From the NCBI GenBank assembly GCA_964527475.1, contig CAZGNL010000080.1, positions 1-23,106 of the forward strand: 23,106 bases of DNA, in the 5' to 3' direction. Shown one piece after another: positions 7,673 to 16,947 of the stretch; position 1 is the first letter of the stretch, and each line of letters starts with the position of its first letter. The stretch is from an uncultured Syntrophaceae bacterium. Lineage in GTDB: Bacteria > Desulfobacterota > Desulfomonilia > Desulfomonilales > Desulfomonilaceae. The notes under the pieces are model-generated. The model was not told the origin of the DNA. It was given only the letters and a program-made list of their open reading frames with translations, and did no database searches. A program made the position numbers and the translations under genes.

Positions 7673-7698
7673 AATGCGCGTTCAAACAAGTGATAAAG
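7673..7698 (+). repeat. 26-bp conserved motif aatgcgcgttcaaacaagtgataaag (copy 1). ataccaatgcgc at 7668-7679 is also mirrored by gcgcattggtat at 7756-7767.
   Basis: An identical 26-mer recurs at 17002-17027. Both copies lie ~15-20 nt downstream of a terminator hairpin. Confidence 0.6.
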
Positions 7699-7766
7699 AG
7701 CACTGTTGGGCAAGCCGGCAGTGGCACCCAAGAAAGCGATCTCACTCTCTTGATTGCGCATTGGTA

Positions 7767-9278
7767 TTACTCCCTATGATCGGGCAATGGCCTTTCCTTG
7801 GGCGCGTTTTCAGGTTCCGCGGCTGCTCGTCCGAGGAATTCCGGTAGTTCGAGTCCCACGAGTTTGGCCAGTTCGTGCATGGGGGGGAGCACTCCCATGA
7901 GTCGCCGTCCCAGGTCGGAGACACCACCGCCGTCACCGCCGCCGTCCCAAACGGTGATCTTCTCAAGAGGAAGATCCTTGATGGCCTGGGCCTGGATTTG
8001 GGCCACTTCCAGGAGCTTCTCTATGAGCAGAAACGATGCGGCAAGCGACGGCTCGCCGGCACACGCGGCCACAAGGGATCGGTAACCCTGGGACTTGCCG
8101 TCCAGAATAGCTTGTTCACCCGCTCCCTGCGCCTCCATCGTCACTTTAATGGCTTGGGCCTCACCTGCTGCCAGCAGCACCTGCCTCTGTCGAGAAGCCT
8201 CTGCTTCCACGACCACCTTTTCCTTTGCAGCCTCCGCGGGCACCACGACCTCCGCTCTGAGCCTTGCCTCCTCACGCTTGGCTCGCGCTTCCTCCGCGGT
8301 CTTCTGAGCGTCTTGCTCGGCTACGCGGATCGCTCCATCGGCTCTCACGGCCGCGCTCGTGCTCATGGCTCTAGCCTCTTCTTCCGCCACTCCCTGGCCT
8401 GCCTGGTAACCGGCCTTCCGGGCATTGGCCTCGGTCTCGGTCTCAACCGCAGTGGCGTCAAGAAGTGCCATCTGCTGCCGTCTATCCCGCTCAGCCTCGG
8501 ACTCTCCAACCGCGGCTTGCGAGTTGGCCGCGGCGACCGCCTTGCGTCTATCCCGATCAGCCTCAGCTTCTCCCACCGCTGCTGCAGCCTCGGCCGCGGC
8601 CACCGCGCGACGTTGGTCACGCTCACGCTCCGCGACCCCTATCCTGCCGTACCTCTCTTGGTCCGCCACGTCTACCATGGCCTGGTTCACCGCTTCTGCA
8701 GCGGCCTTGCGTCCGAGCGCCTGAATGTACCCGCTTTCGTCCTCAATATCCCTGATGTTCACGTTGATCAGGGCCAGGCCTATTTTTTCAAGCTCAACCG
8801 AAACAGCCTCGTTGACCTTACCCATAAAGGCCTGGCGGTCCTGGTTGATCTCCTCTATTTTCATAGTGGCGATCACGGCTCTCATCTGTCCGAGAATTAT
8901 ATCCTGGGCCTGCTTCTGCACTTCAGCCTGCCCCTGTCCAAGAAGTCGTACCGCCGCGTTTTTCATTATGCCTTCTTGGGTGCTGATGGCCGCGGTGACC
9001 GTCGTGGGAACGGAAACCCTGATGTTCTCTTGAGAAAGCGCGCTGGTCAGCTCAATGGGAACCACAAACGGCTCCAGATCCAACCATTCGTAAGACTGCA
9101 GAACAGGCCACACGAACGCGGCCCCGCCATGAATGCACTTGGCCACGCCCTTACCCGTCTTACCGTAGATGACCAGGATCTTATTGGCGGGGCAGCGTTT
9201 GTAGCGGCTTACGAACATCCACAGAACAGCCATCACCACCAACAATAGGATAAGTGTCGAAATGAACGCTTCAAACAT
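7767..9278 (-). CDS. Flotillin-family SPFH-domain protein (FloT/YuaG-like) with EA-rich coiled-coil repeats
   Basis: N-terminal TM helix, an SPFH core (IELTSALSQENIRVSVPTTVTAAIS), and long tandem AEAERDRR-type 23-aa repeats. A GGAGGGAG RBS precedes the MFEAF start at 9278. It overlaps the upstream nfeD stop. Confidence 0.85.
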   Translation of the reverse strand: MFEAFISTLILLLVVMAVLWMFVSRYKRCPANKILVIYGKTGKGVAKCIHGGAAFVWPVLQSYEWLDLEPFVVPIELTSALSQENIRVSVPTTVTAAISTQEGIMKNAAVRLLGQGQAEVQKQAQDIILGQMRAVIATMKIEEINQDRQAFMGKVNEAVSVELEKIGLALINVNIRDIEDESGYIQALGRKAAAEAVNQAMVDVADQERYGRIGVAERERDQRRAVAAAEAAAAVGEAEADRDRRKAVAAANSQAAVGESEAERDRRQQMALLDATAVETETEANARKAGYQAGQGVAEEEARAMSTSAAVRADGAIRVAEQDAQKTAEEARAKREEARLRAEVVVPAEAAKEKVVVEAEASRQRQVLLAAGEAQAIKVTMEAQGAGEQAILDGKSQGYRSLVAACAGEPSLAASFLLIEKLLEVAQIQAQAIKDLPLEKITVWDGGGDGGGVSDLGRRLMGVLPPMHELAKLVGLELPEFLGRAAAEPENAPKERPLPDHRE

Positions 9279-9966
9279 CTTGTTCTCCCTCCGAATTCTC
9301 CATTGGTTCCACCTCAACGGTGTTGTCGTCGATGATGCGGCACACTCGAACCCTGGCGCCTGCTTCCAAGGTTTTGTCTGATGTTGAGCGGGCTTTCACA
9401 TAGCTTACGGCGCCGCTGACCATGACCCTCACCCGTCCCTCACCTTCAGGGGGCACGTTGATGTACACCGTCCCCTCTTCACCCAGGGCGGTCCAGATCG
9501 ACATGGTACCGGTTTCCTGGAGCTGAACGAGCTTGTAAATCAGGTAAGAAACGGAAAGCATGGCGACCAGGCCCCACGCAAAACTGTACAAGAGGGCCAA
9601 CACAACGTAAGTCCCGCCCATGAGGTAGAGCGCGCCGGACCAACTGAACAGCATGCCGAAAGCCAGAATGGAACGGATCGAGACCAGTGAAAAGGTAATA
9701 TCCCCGCCCAACTGGTGAGCCACGTGATCTCCCCCGATTTCACCGTGGTCAACTGAAACGTCCCCCGAGAAGTCACCGTGATCCAAAGATGCGTCCCCTG
9801 CGAAATCCCCGTGATCCACGGAGATGTCTCCATCGTGTCCGCCCCCGTTGTGGTCCAGACCGATCAACGTCGAGATCAGTTGCCACAAAAAGAGCAAGGA
9901 GAAGAAACCGGCCGCGATGAAAAAGCCCTTGTTCAGAAAGCCCAGACCCTGCCACCATGTTTCCAT
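9271..9966 (-). CDS. NfeD-family membrane protein (YuaF-like, flotillin partner) with an inserted His/Asp-rich tandem repeat
   Basis: Multi-TM N-terminal half and a C-terminal soluble beta domain (VYINVPPEGEGRVRVMVSGAVSYVKARS). It lies immediately upstream of, and overlaps, the flotillin gene in the classic nfeD-floT pairing. Confidence 0.7.
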   Translation of the reverse strand: METWWQGLGFLNKGFFIAAGFFSLLFLWQLISTLIGLDHNGGGHDGDISVDHGDFAGDASLDHGDFSGDVSVDHGEIGGDHVAHQLGGDITFSLVSIRSILAFGMLFSWSGALYLMGGTYVVLALLYSFAWGLVAMLSVSYLIYKLVQLQETGTMSIWTALGEEGTVYINVPPEGEGRVRVMVSGAVSYVKARSTSDKTLEAGARVRVCRIIDDNTVEVEPMENSEGEQDV

Positions 9967-9984
9967 TTTAATACCGCGCTTTCT

Positions 9985-10428
9985 CTATTGATCTTCGATT
10001 TCAGCCACCTTGGCAAGACGGCGCAAGTGACGCTCTTCAGCTGTGAAACGGGCCCCCAGGAAAGCGTCCACCAATTCCAGCGCCAAATTCAGTCCGACAA
10101 TCCTGCCTCCCACACAGAGCACGTTCATGTCGTCGTGCTCGACTCCTTGATGCGCAGAATACGTGTCATGGCATGTTCCAGCTCGGATTCCTCTCATTTT
10201 GTTGGCGACCATGCAAGCTCCGATTCCACTTCCGCAGATCACGATTCCACGCTCAGCTTTTCCTTGCTGGATCGCCTCTCCCACAGCACGAGCGAAATCA
10301 GGATAATCGACCGACTCGGTGCTGTAAGTCCCCAGGTTGAGCACTTCATACCCGGCCTTTTTCAGATACTCAAGGAGATCCTCCTTGAGTGGAAATCCAG
10401 CGTGATCGGCGCCCATCGCTATTTTCAT
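9985..10428 (-). CDS. rpiB: Ribose-5-phosphate isomerase B
   Basis: [34 protein letters not shown]...[17 protein letters not shown] is the RpiB/LacAB signature. GAGGAGG RBS. The start overlaps the tkt stop (ATGA). Confidence 0.85.
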   Translation of the reverse strand: MKIAMGADHAGFPLKEDLLEYLKKAGYEVLNLGTYSTESVDYPDFARAVGEAIQQGKAERGIVICGSGIGACMVANKMRGIRAGTCHDTYSAHQGVEHDDMNVLCVGGRIVGLNLALELVDAFLGARFTAEERHLRRLAKVAEIEDQ

Positions 10429-12440
10429 TGGTGCCTCCTCACGAGCGCCTCGGCCCGCTCCACCACATTGCCCACGCTGAATCCGTAGTTCTTGAGCACC
10501 TCCGAGCCGGGTGCGGATGCCCCGAACCGATTCACTCCTATGACGTCGCCTCCGTCCCCGACCCAACGATGCCAACCCAGAGGCGAACCAGCCTCAATGG
10601 CGAGTCGTGCCTTAAGCTCCGGAGGGAATATCCGGTTCCGGTAATCCTCGGGCTGTTCTTCAAACAATTCCCAGCACGGCATTGAGACGACCCGAGCGCG
10701 GATGCCTTTGTCCGATGCCAGCTTCTCCTGCGCTTCCAGTGCCAAGCTAACCTCAGAACCTGTCGCCACCAGCAGAACATCCGGAGTTCCTTCCACGTCC
10801 GAAACCACATACGCGCCCGCGGCAACGCCTTCGTTTGTGTGGACGCGGTCCGCATCAAGAATAGGCAATTTCTGACGGCTCAAGGCAAGCGCAGCCGGCC
10901 GCGCTTGCTGTAGGGCCAAGCGCCAGGCCGCGGCCGTCTCATTGGCGTCCGCGGGTCGGAAAACGGTGAGGTTCGGAATCACCCGCAGGGAAGCAAGCTG
11001 CTCTATGGGCTGGTGCGTGGGACCGTCTTCTCCGACTCCGAGGCTGTCATGGGTGAAAATAAAGATGGCGTGCACGTTCATAAGCGCGGACAGGCGAATA
11101 GCAGGCTTCATGTAATCGGCAAATATGAGAAAAGTGCTTACATAGGGTATTACGCCTCCGTGCAGGGCCATTCCATTTGCGATGGCGCCCATGGAGTGCT
11201 CTCTGACTCCGAATCTAATATTGCGACCACCGGGATTTCCCGAAGAGTAGTCCTGCGAATCCGAGATCAACGTCTTGTTGGAAGGCGCCAGATCGGCGGA
11301 CCCTCCCAAAAGGTTCGCAATCCTGGGCGCGACCGCGTTTATCACCATTCCCGATGCGGATCTTGTGGCCAAAGGACCATCCTCGGGTTTCAAGCGAGGT
11401 ATGTCCGCGTCCCAGTCGGACGGGAGTTCTCCGAGCAGTTCTCTCTCAAAGTCGTCGGCCTCGGGCTTGAATGTGCCGGCGTAAGTCGTGTACTGAGCGC
11501 GCCACTTCTCCTCCAAATCCTTTCCCCGCTCCACAATCTTCCTAAAATGAGACAAAGCCTCATCAGGAACATGGAAACGACGATCAGGATCCCACCCAAA
11601 GAACTCCTTGGTGCTTCGCAGCCCCTCTTCCCCAAGAGGCTCACCATGCGCGCTCGGACTGTCCTGTTTGGGGCTGCCGTAACCGAGGTGGGTCCGGATC
11701 GCAATGAGAGAAGGTCGTTCGGTCTCCTGTTGAGCGCGGTGGATTGCGTTCTCTATGTCCAGGAGATTATTGCCGTCTGACACGGTCTGAGTGTGCCAGC
11801 CATAAGCATCGAAACGCGCTCGGGAGTCCTCCGTGAATGTGATGTCAGTGGCGCCTTCGATGGAGATGTGATTGTCGTCATACAGGTAGATGAGCTTGCC
11901 GAGTCTCAGGTGGCCCGCGATTGACGCGGCCTCTGAGGCCACACCTTCCATCAGGTCTCCATCGGAAACAATGGCGTAGGTGAAATGGTCCACTATGGGC
12001 AAATCGGGGCGGTTGAACCGGGCCGAAAGGAACCTTTCGGCCATTGCCATTCCCACCCCCATCCCGAATCCTTGTCCCAGCGGGCCGGTGGTGCACTCAA
12101 TTCCCACTGCCGGATCACGCTCCGGATGTCCAGGTGTCTTGCTGCCCCATTGCCTGAATTTCTTCACGTCGTCCAGGGACAGGTCGTACCCTGTCAGATG
12201 AAGCAGAGCGTACAGCATCCCCGAACCGTGGCCCGCGGAGAGCACAAAACGGTCACGATCCGCCCAACCGGGATTGGCTGGATTGTGCTTGAGAAACTTG
12301 GTCCACAGGACATAGGCCATGGGCGCGGCCCCCAGGGGGAGACCCGGGTGACCGGAGTTGGCCTGCTGGATCGCGTCGGCCGCGAGCAGGCGAATGGTAT
12401 TGATACACATATCATCGAGATTCTTTTGCGAATCACTCAT
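10425..12440 (-). CDS. tkt: Transketolase
   Basis: 671 aa. The N-terminus ...[30 protein letters not shown]..., the ThDP-binding GDG motif and the [29 protein letters not shown] motifs are all recognisable. GGGGAGG RBS. Confidence 0.9.
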   Translation of the reverse strand: MSDSQKNLDDMCINTIRLLAADAIQQANSGHPGLPLGAAPMAYVLWTKFLKHNPANPGWADRDRFVLSAGHGSGMLYALLHLTGYDLSLDDVKKFRQWGSKTPGHPERDPAVGIECTTGPLGQGFGMGVGMAMAERFLSARFNRPDLPIVDHFTYAIVSDGDLMEGVASEAASIAGHLRLGKLIYLYDDNHISIEGATDITFTEDSRARFDAYGWHTQTVSDGNNLLDIENAIHRAQQETERPSLIAIRTHLGYGSPKQDSPSAHGEPLGEEGLRSTKEFFGWDPDRRFHVPDEALSHFRKIVERGKDLEEKWRAQYTTYAGTFKPEADDFERELLGELPSDWDADIPRLKPEDGPLATRSASGMVINAVAPRIANLLGGSADLAPSNKTLISDSQDYSSGNPGGRNIRFGVREHSMGAIANGMALHGGVIPYVSTFLIFADYMKPAIRLSALMNVHAIFIFTHDSLGVGEDGPTHQPIEQLASLRVIPNLTVFRPADANETAAAWRLALQQARPAALALSRQKLPILDADRVHTNEGVAAGAYVVSDVEGTPDVLLVATGSEVSLALEAQEKLASDKGIRARVVSMPCWELFEEQPEDYRNRIFPPELKARLAIEAGSPLGWHRWVGDGGDVIGVNRFGASAPGSEVLKNYGFSVGNVVERAEALVRRHQ

Positions 12441-12787
12441 CCAACGAACCTCCCCGTCATTTCACTGCAATGCGCCTGACCTTGTAGGCAAGCCAATGCC
12501 CCTCATCACCAGCGGGTATTCTGGTGGGAAGGTATCCGAAAACCTATTAGCCGAGCGCGTGAGTCCCCAATAATACCCAATTGTCAGAAATTTTTCACGG
12601 CTTCTTCTCGCGAGACGGTGCGAACACCCGGGGAGGCCCGAAATCTCATAGGAATTGGGGGTCTCGCGGGCGGTTCATCGATTGGAGAACAAGCATTATT
12701 GCCCTGCCTATCACTATGGCTGGTATGCCAATTGTGTGGCTGACGTTCACAATGATGAAGACAAGGATCATGGCAAATAAGGTCCGC

Positions 12788-13543
12788 CTATGACTCTTCT
12801 TCCACTTCGCTTTCGCTCGCTGCACGTCGAAGACTACTGAACCCGACGAATATTCCCGCCAGACCAAGCAGCCAAACGAGAAAGTGTACACCGAGCTGGA
12901 TTGTCTGCATGTCGTATGCCCCCATCATACGCGCCGCCATGGGGACAGTGACGCTGATTCCACCTCTGACTTCTCCTACCTTGTATCCCTGCGCAGCGTG
13001 GCATTTCATGCAGACCTCTTCAACATACAGCGGTCGCATAAACCTTAAGACATGGGAAGTGATGGTTCCTCTGTGCTCTGAGACGACCTCTTTCGCGCCC
13101 TTCTCGAACTGTGCAAGCGCCTGGGACTCCCACCAGTCCGGTTCGTTCTCGGGGCGAATAGGCCGATTGCTGGTGATGTGTCCGACAAAGCCGTCCCGCC
13201 CAATATCTTGGATCTCATGTACCTGGCGCGTCATATATGCCGGATTGATCATCGTAAGCTTGACGCCCGACTCCGAGGCGGTAATGTCGCGATTCTTGAC
13301 CTTGAGGTATGGGTTGGAAGGTACTTGCGGACTGATGGGCACAAAAACTCCTTTGCTCCCCGCGTTCCAGCGGCGGTAGACCACGTCCTTCATGAATGCC
13401 GTCCTGGCCTGGGCAATGGCTACTTCCCGGCTCCTTGATTCGGCATCAAACCAGTACCACAGCAATGAGGCCACAAGAACGACCGTCCAGACCGCGGCAA
13501 ATGTCCAGGCCCAAATCGTCAACAACCTTGACAACTTCTCCAT
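12788..13543 (-). CDS. Membrane-anchored DUF3365 (Tll0287-like)-type protein with a CxxCH haem-c binding motif
   Basis: N-terminal TM, a periplasmic domain containing CMKCH, and a C-terminal TM plus an acidic tail. AAGGAG RBS. The assignment to DUF3365 is from memory of family motifs and is not searched. Confidence 0.55.
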   Translation of the reverse strand: MEKLSRLLTIWAWTFAAVWTVVLVASLLWYWFDAESRSREVAIAQARTAFMKDVVYRRWNAGSKGVFVPISPQVPSNPYLKVKNRDITASESGVKLTMINPAYMTRQVHEIQDIGRDGFVGHITSNRPIRPENEPDWWESQALAQFEKGAKEVVSEHRGTITSHVLRFMRPLYVEEVCMKCHAAQGYKVGEVRGGISVTVPMAARMMGAYDMQTIQLGVHFLVWLLGLAGIFVGFSSLRRAASESEVEEES

Positions 13544-13927
13544 GGTTCAACTCCTTTCCACCTTGGCATTCCCTTCCTGAATAGGATGACACATCATCAT
13601 CGCATGTGAGTTCGAGGCAATATGGGGGTATGGTAAGCATTTGTGCGTTCCTCTGCATTAGGATGTCTTGAGCTTAAGCCGGAACAACGCAGGGGTCGCG
13701 CCATCTTGGGGTCTCGGGCCGATAACGGGGAGAGACGGGGCCCGCGGACCTGAAAAGTCCCCGTGTCTCCTCGGACACGGGCCGATAGAGACAAGATCGT
13801 CGTCACGTCGCCGAAAAAGACTCCTTTTCCCTGTTTCCGAGCGTACCTCACTGGACGCCCCTTGGTCAACCAAAATGTGCTCGCAGGCCCTCAGCAAAAC
13901 GAGCCCGGCAGCATCGAATTCCAGCCC

Positions 13928-14285
13928 GAATTCCGGGGACACCATACTTAATTGATGAGCGGAAGGTCGTGGGGCAGCCATGTTGAAGTCAGTCAGGTCG
14001 GGCCGCGAAGGGTACCGGTCATGATTCATTTGTCCCGGAGGCTTCCGCAATCTGTTTGCGCTCCTGAAGGCGACCGAGACATCACATCAGCCCGGGTTTC
14101 AGACGCACAACAACAGGGAATCCTGGATAGACCGATGGAATGACGGAGACCGCAAAGCAGAATTATAGCAGTTCTCGAGAGTTCTACGGATTGGCAGGCT
14201 GGAAAGCCTGCCCCACAGGAAGAAGTTTACGAGGAATCCGAAATCAATTTCGAGAACCACTAAAAGTATGGTGTCCTCGGAATTC
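13928..14285. mobile_element. ~360-bp TIR-bounded non-autonomous element: 22-bp TIRs gaattccggggacaccatactt (13928-13950) and aagtatggtgtcctcggaattc (14264-14285). It encloses copy 2 of the hairpin repeat (14170-14265).
   Basis: Perfect/near-perfect inverted 22-mers ~335 bp apart. A third, solo TIR copy lies at 17343-17364. Confidence 0.5.
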
Positions 14286-14437
14286 CCCGGAATTCTTGAA
14301 AACCACTTGAGCCAAGAGGACTTGACTATCTTTGGCGCGATGACTTTTGCGGAATTTGTTATCAACTCTTTGCTGTCACGCGGTGGAATCCCTATGTTTC
14401 GAGTGTTAGGGTAATTGACATCCCCCTAAACTAGCTC

Positions 14438-14466
14438 TTGACACCCCCTTTACGGAGTGCTGTAAT
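14438..14466 (+). promoter_or_regulatory. Sigma70-type promoter candidate (TTGACA-17 bp-TGTAAT, overlapping a TATAAT at 14467-14472). A second TTGACA lies at 14415-14420.
   Basis: Consensus -35, a 17-bp spacer and a 5/6 -10. It points towards the M4 protease gene ~300 nt downstream. Confidence 0.45.
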
Positions 14467-14771
14467 TATAATATTATGGTTACGTCTCTGCGCCGGGAGA
14501 CCCATTGTTCGGCGCGGTTTTGGCTTGGACCCTTCGGAATCATATGGATGACAGTGGGAGAAGGATCCAGACCATGCGCATCTGAAATCTGTTTCCAGGC
14601 CGGCATCCGTTGGGCTCGACTCCGGCGGTATGGTGGAATACGCACCGTTTTCGGGACAAAAGGAGCAATAGGGGCCTCTAACTGGCAGAAATGAGTCAAG
14701 ATCTGATTTGACACCTTTTCTGAGTAGTAGGACAGTCGTGGCTACGACCATATTCACGGGAGGAAAGAATC

Positions 14772-16496
14772 ATGAGCGAGTTTCAGAAGCTGCACTTTCA
14801 TGCTGATGTTCAGGATGCGCCTGAAAGCGAACGGGCCCCTGAGCGGCTGCGTGGAGCACTCCGCTCGACTGAGCCGGACGCTGAGGCGGCGGCCGCGCCG
14901 CGTTCTGCCGATTGGAACGATGAGAAGGCGGCGCGCCACTACATTGAGTCTTTTCTGGCAGAAAGCAAGAAACCTGGTGTTCGAGGTTTGACTGCTCCGG
15001 AGCGTCCACAAGTTGTTCCTGACCTTCGTTTGGAGGCTACCAAGGAGTCACCGTTGACCGGTACAAGGGTCGTGGAGTTTTCGCAGACGAGCCGCTCGGT
15101 TCCGATTTTCGGTTCAAAGGCCACTGTGGAGATAGATGGACGTGACCGAAGGCTTGTGGCCATCGATGCCAACGTGGCGGCGCCTCCCGATGTGCCTGCC
15201 GTTGCTTCCACGAGTCCCGCACACGCGCTGGATGCGATTGCCAAGGCATGTGACGCGGACCGAGAGACCCTGGCTGACGTGGCAGCGCCTGAGCTAAACT
15301 ATTTTCTCGACCAGCAAAAGGGGAATTGGCATCTCGTTTTCTACTTCAGGAATGTCCCCGCCATCCCACCGGCAGAGGAGCAAGAAAGCCGGAACGAAAT
15401 CGCGAACGCTCTCGGGCGGACACCACGTGCCAAGTTCGAGGCCTATGATTTTCTTGTAGATGCTCATACGGGCCAGTTGGTCTACTACTTCAGCTCTAGT
15501 GCTTTCATCGACGTGCCTGTAGTGTGTACAGGTACGGATGAGTTGGGAAAGCGGCGTGAATTCTATGGCCTCGGTTCCGGCACGGGCTTTGAACTGCGTG
15601 ATCCGTTGAGGGGGATTGAAACCTACGACCACCAGTTCAATGACATTGACGCCGCTACACTGCCCAATGATCCAATAGACAATGCTAGTACTGACTTTGG
15701 GACCGATAGTACTGCCGGCGTCTCTGCTCACTCCAATGCAACACGCGTTTTCGACTTCTTCAACAATGTCCTCAAGCGTAACGGCATCGATGACAAGGGG
15801 ATGATCATCGTTTCGTTGGTCAATGTTACGTATGCCAAGGATCAACCGCCACCGAACTGGAGAAATGCATGTTGGTGGAACGGAAAGATGTGGTACGGCC
15901 AAGAGAAAAGCAACGGCGGTTTTGAAAGCTTATCTCGCTACCTGGACATTATTGCCCATGAATTGAGTCATGGCGTAACGGCGACCACAAGTGATTTAGT
16001 CTATCGAGATCAGTCCGGCGCATTAAACGAGTCATTCAGCGACATCTTCGGAATCATGATCAAGAACTGGTTTCCAGGCGAACCCAATCCACTAGCCAAT
16101 TGGGATTGGGAGATCGGTTCGGGCTTCCGACCGACCGGGCTGCCGCTGCGCGACATGAGTGATCCCAAGCGGACCGGCCACCCGGATCACATGAACGACT
16201 ACCTATACACGACGGGTGACTACGGCGGCGTTCATACCAATTGTACAATTCATAACAAAGCGGCCTACAATGTGCTCACATCTAGGGACGGTTCGGGCAA
16301 TCCAGTATGCACCCCGACGGAAGTCGCCATTTTCTACTACTTGACACTGACGCGTTTGAATCGCATGGCGACCTTCTCCGATTGTCTGCGCATGCTCAAA
16401 AGTGTTGCCGCCACCTACTATTCCGGGAACCCTGGACGGCAGGCTGCCACGGCAGTCGCCATTGACGCGGCCTATCAAGGTGCGGGAATCACATAG
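14772..16496 (+). CDS. M4-family (thermolysin-like) zinc metalloprotease with a long N-terminal propeptide region and no detectable signal peptide
   Basis: HELSHGVT (HExxH), NESFSDIFG (the ExxxD third zinc ligand, compare thermolysin NEAISDIFG) and GGVHTNCTIHNKAAY (compare GGVHINSGIPNKAAY). GGGAGG RBS. An in-frame stop lies just upstream, so no N-terminal extension is possible. Confidence 0.85.
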   Translation: MSEFQKLHFHADVQDAPESERAPERLRGALRSTEPDAEAAAAPRSADWNDEKAARHYIESFLAESKKPGVRGLTAPERPQVVPDLRLEATKESPLTGTRVVEFSQTSRSVPIFGSKATVEIDGRDRRLVAIDANVAAPPDVPAVASTSPAHALDAIAKACDADRETLADVAAPELNYFLDQQKGNWHLVFYFRNVPAIPPAEEQESRNEIANALGRTPRAKFEAYDFLVDAHTGQLVYYFSSSAFIDVPVVCTGTDELGKRREFYGLGSGTGFELRDPLRGIETYDHQFNDIDAATLPNDPIDNASTDFGTDSTAGVSAHSNATRVFDFFNNVLKRNGIDDKGMIIVSLVNVTYAKDQPPPNWRNACWWNGKMWYGQEKSNGGFESLSRYLDIIAHELSHGVTATTSDLVYRDQSGALNESFSDIFGIMIKNWFPGEPNPLANWDWEIGSGFRPTGLPLRDMSDPKRTGHPDHMNDYLYTTGDYGGVHTNCTIHNKAAYNVLTSRDGSGNPVCTPTEVAIFYYLTLTRLNRMATFSDCLRMLKSVAATYYSGNPGRQAATAVAIDAAYQGAGIT

Positions 16497-16748
16497 CGCG
16501 CATCAGGCATGACCTTGTGTCAGATCGTCGCAAAAGGACTCCACTGAGCGAAGCGCCTGCGCTGAACTCGACAAGGGATAGCACGCTCGGGTAATCCTTG
16601 TAAGGGTTTGTCCGGCAATGCTGCGTCTTATACCAACTCCCATCGCAAGAAAGCGACAACGAAGTATGAAAATCTTGGGGCAGCTTGTCCGTGGCTTCGC
16701 CCCGGATGAGGTAAGCGGTTCTGTAAATACTTTAAGAATCCAGTCATC

Positions 16749-16777
16749 TTTGGAGGGGAGACTCATCTCCCCTCCAA
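16749..16777 (+). repeat. Perfect 12-bp-stem hairpin ttggaggggaga-ctca-tctcccctccaa
   Basis: Exact reverse-complement arms. The motif ccctccaagcc recurs at 16938. Confidence 0.6.
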
Positions 16778-16827
16778 GCCCAATGCTGGTGACTTAAGCC
16801 GTATACCGTAGATCCGGATACTATTGT

Positions 16828-16903
16828 CCGTCATTCCGGCGAAAGCCGGAATCCAGTTCTTTCAATACCTCCTGGACCCCGGCTTTCGCCGGGGTGACGA
16901 CGG
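16828..16903. repeat. Inverted pair of a second REP-like family (tccgtcattccggcgaaagccggaatcc / ccccggctttcgccggggtgacgacgg), flanked by gacttaag / cttaagtc
   Basis: The two units are reverse complements of each other around a 22-bp spacer. Each unit is itself a hairpin. Confidence 0.55.
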
Positions 16904-16947
16904 GGACTGGTTGGCTTTTTCTTAAGTCAACAGCATTGCCCTCCAAG

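Noticed and set aside
8425-8640. ~69-bp tandem DNA repeat
   Set aside because: It is the coding sequence for the flotillin's 23-aa EA-rich coiled-coil repeats (AVAAAEAAAAVGEAEADRDRR / AVAAANSQAAVGESEAERDRR). Such repeats are expected for this family and are not a separate element.
7875-9248. 457-aa ORF on the + strand (rich in L/R/G/S, no motifs)
   Set aside because: It lies entirely antisense to the flotillin gene, whose EA-rich repeat DNA creates long open antisense frames. Its composition is typical of GC-rich shadow ORFs.
11013-11780. 255-aa + strand ORF and several 60-160-aa ORFs (11985..12479 and others)
   Set aside because: Antisense to the well-supported transketolase gene, and no RBS or motifs.
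15294-15902. 202-aa minus-strand ORF
   Set aside because: Embedded antisense within the M4 protease CDS.
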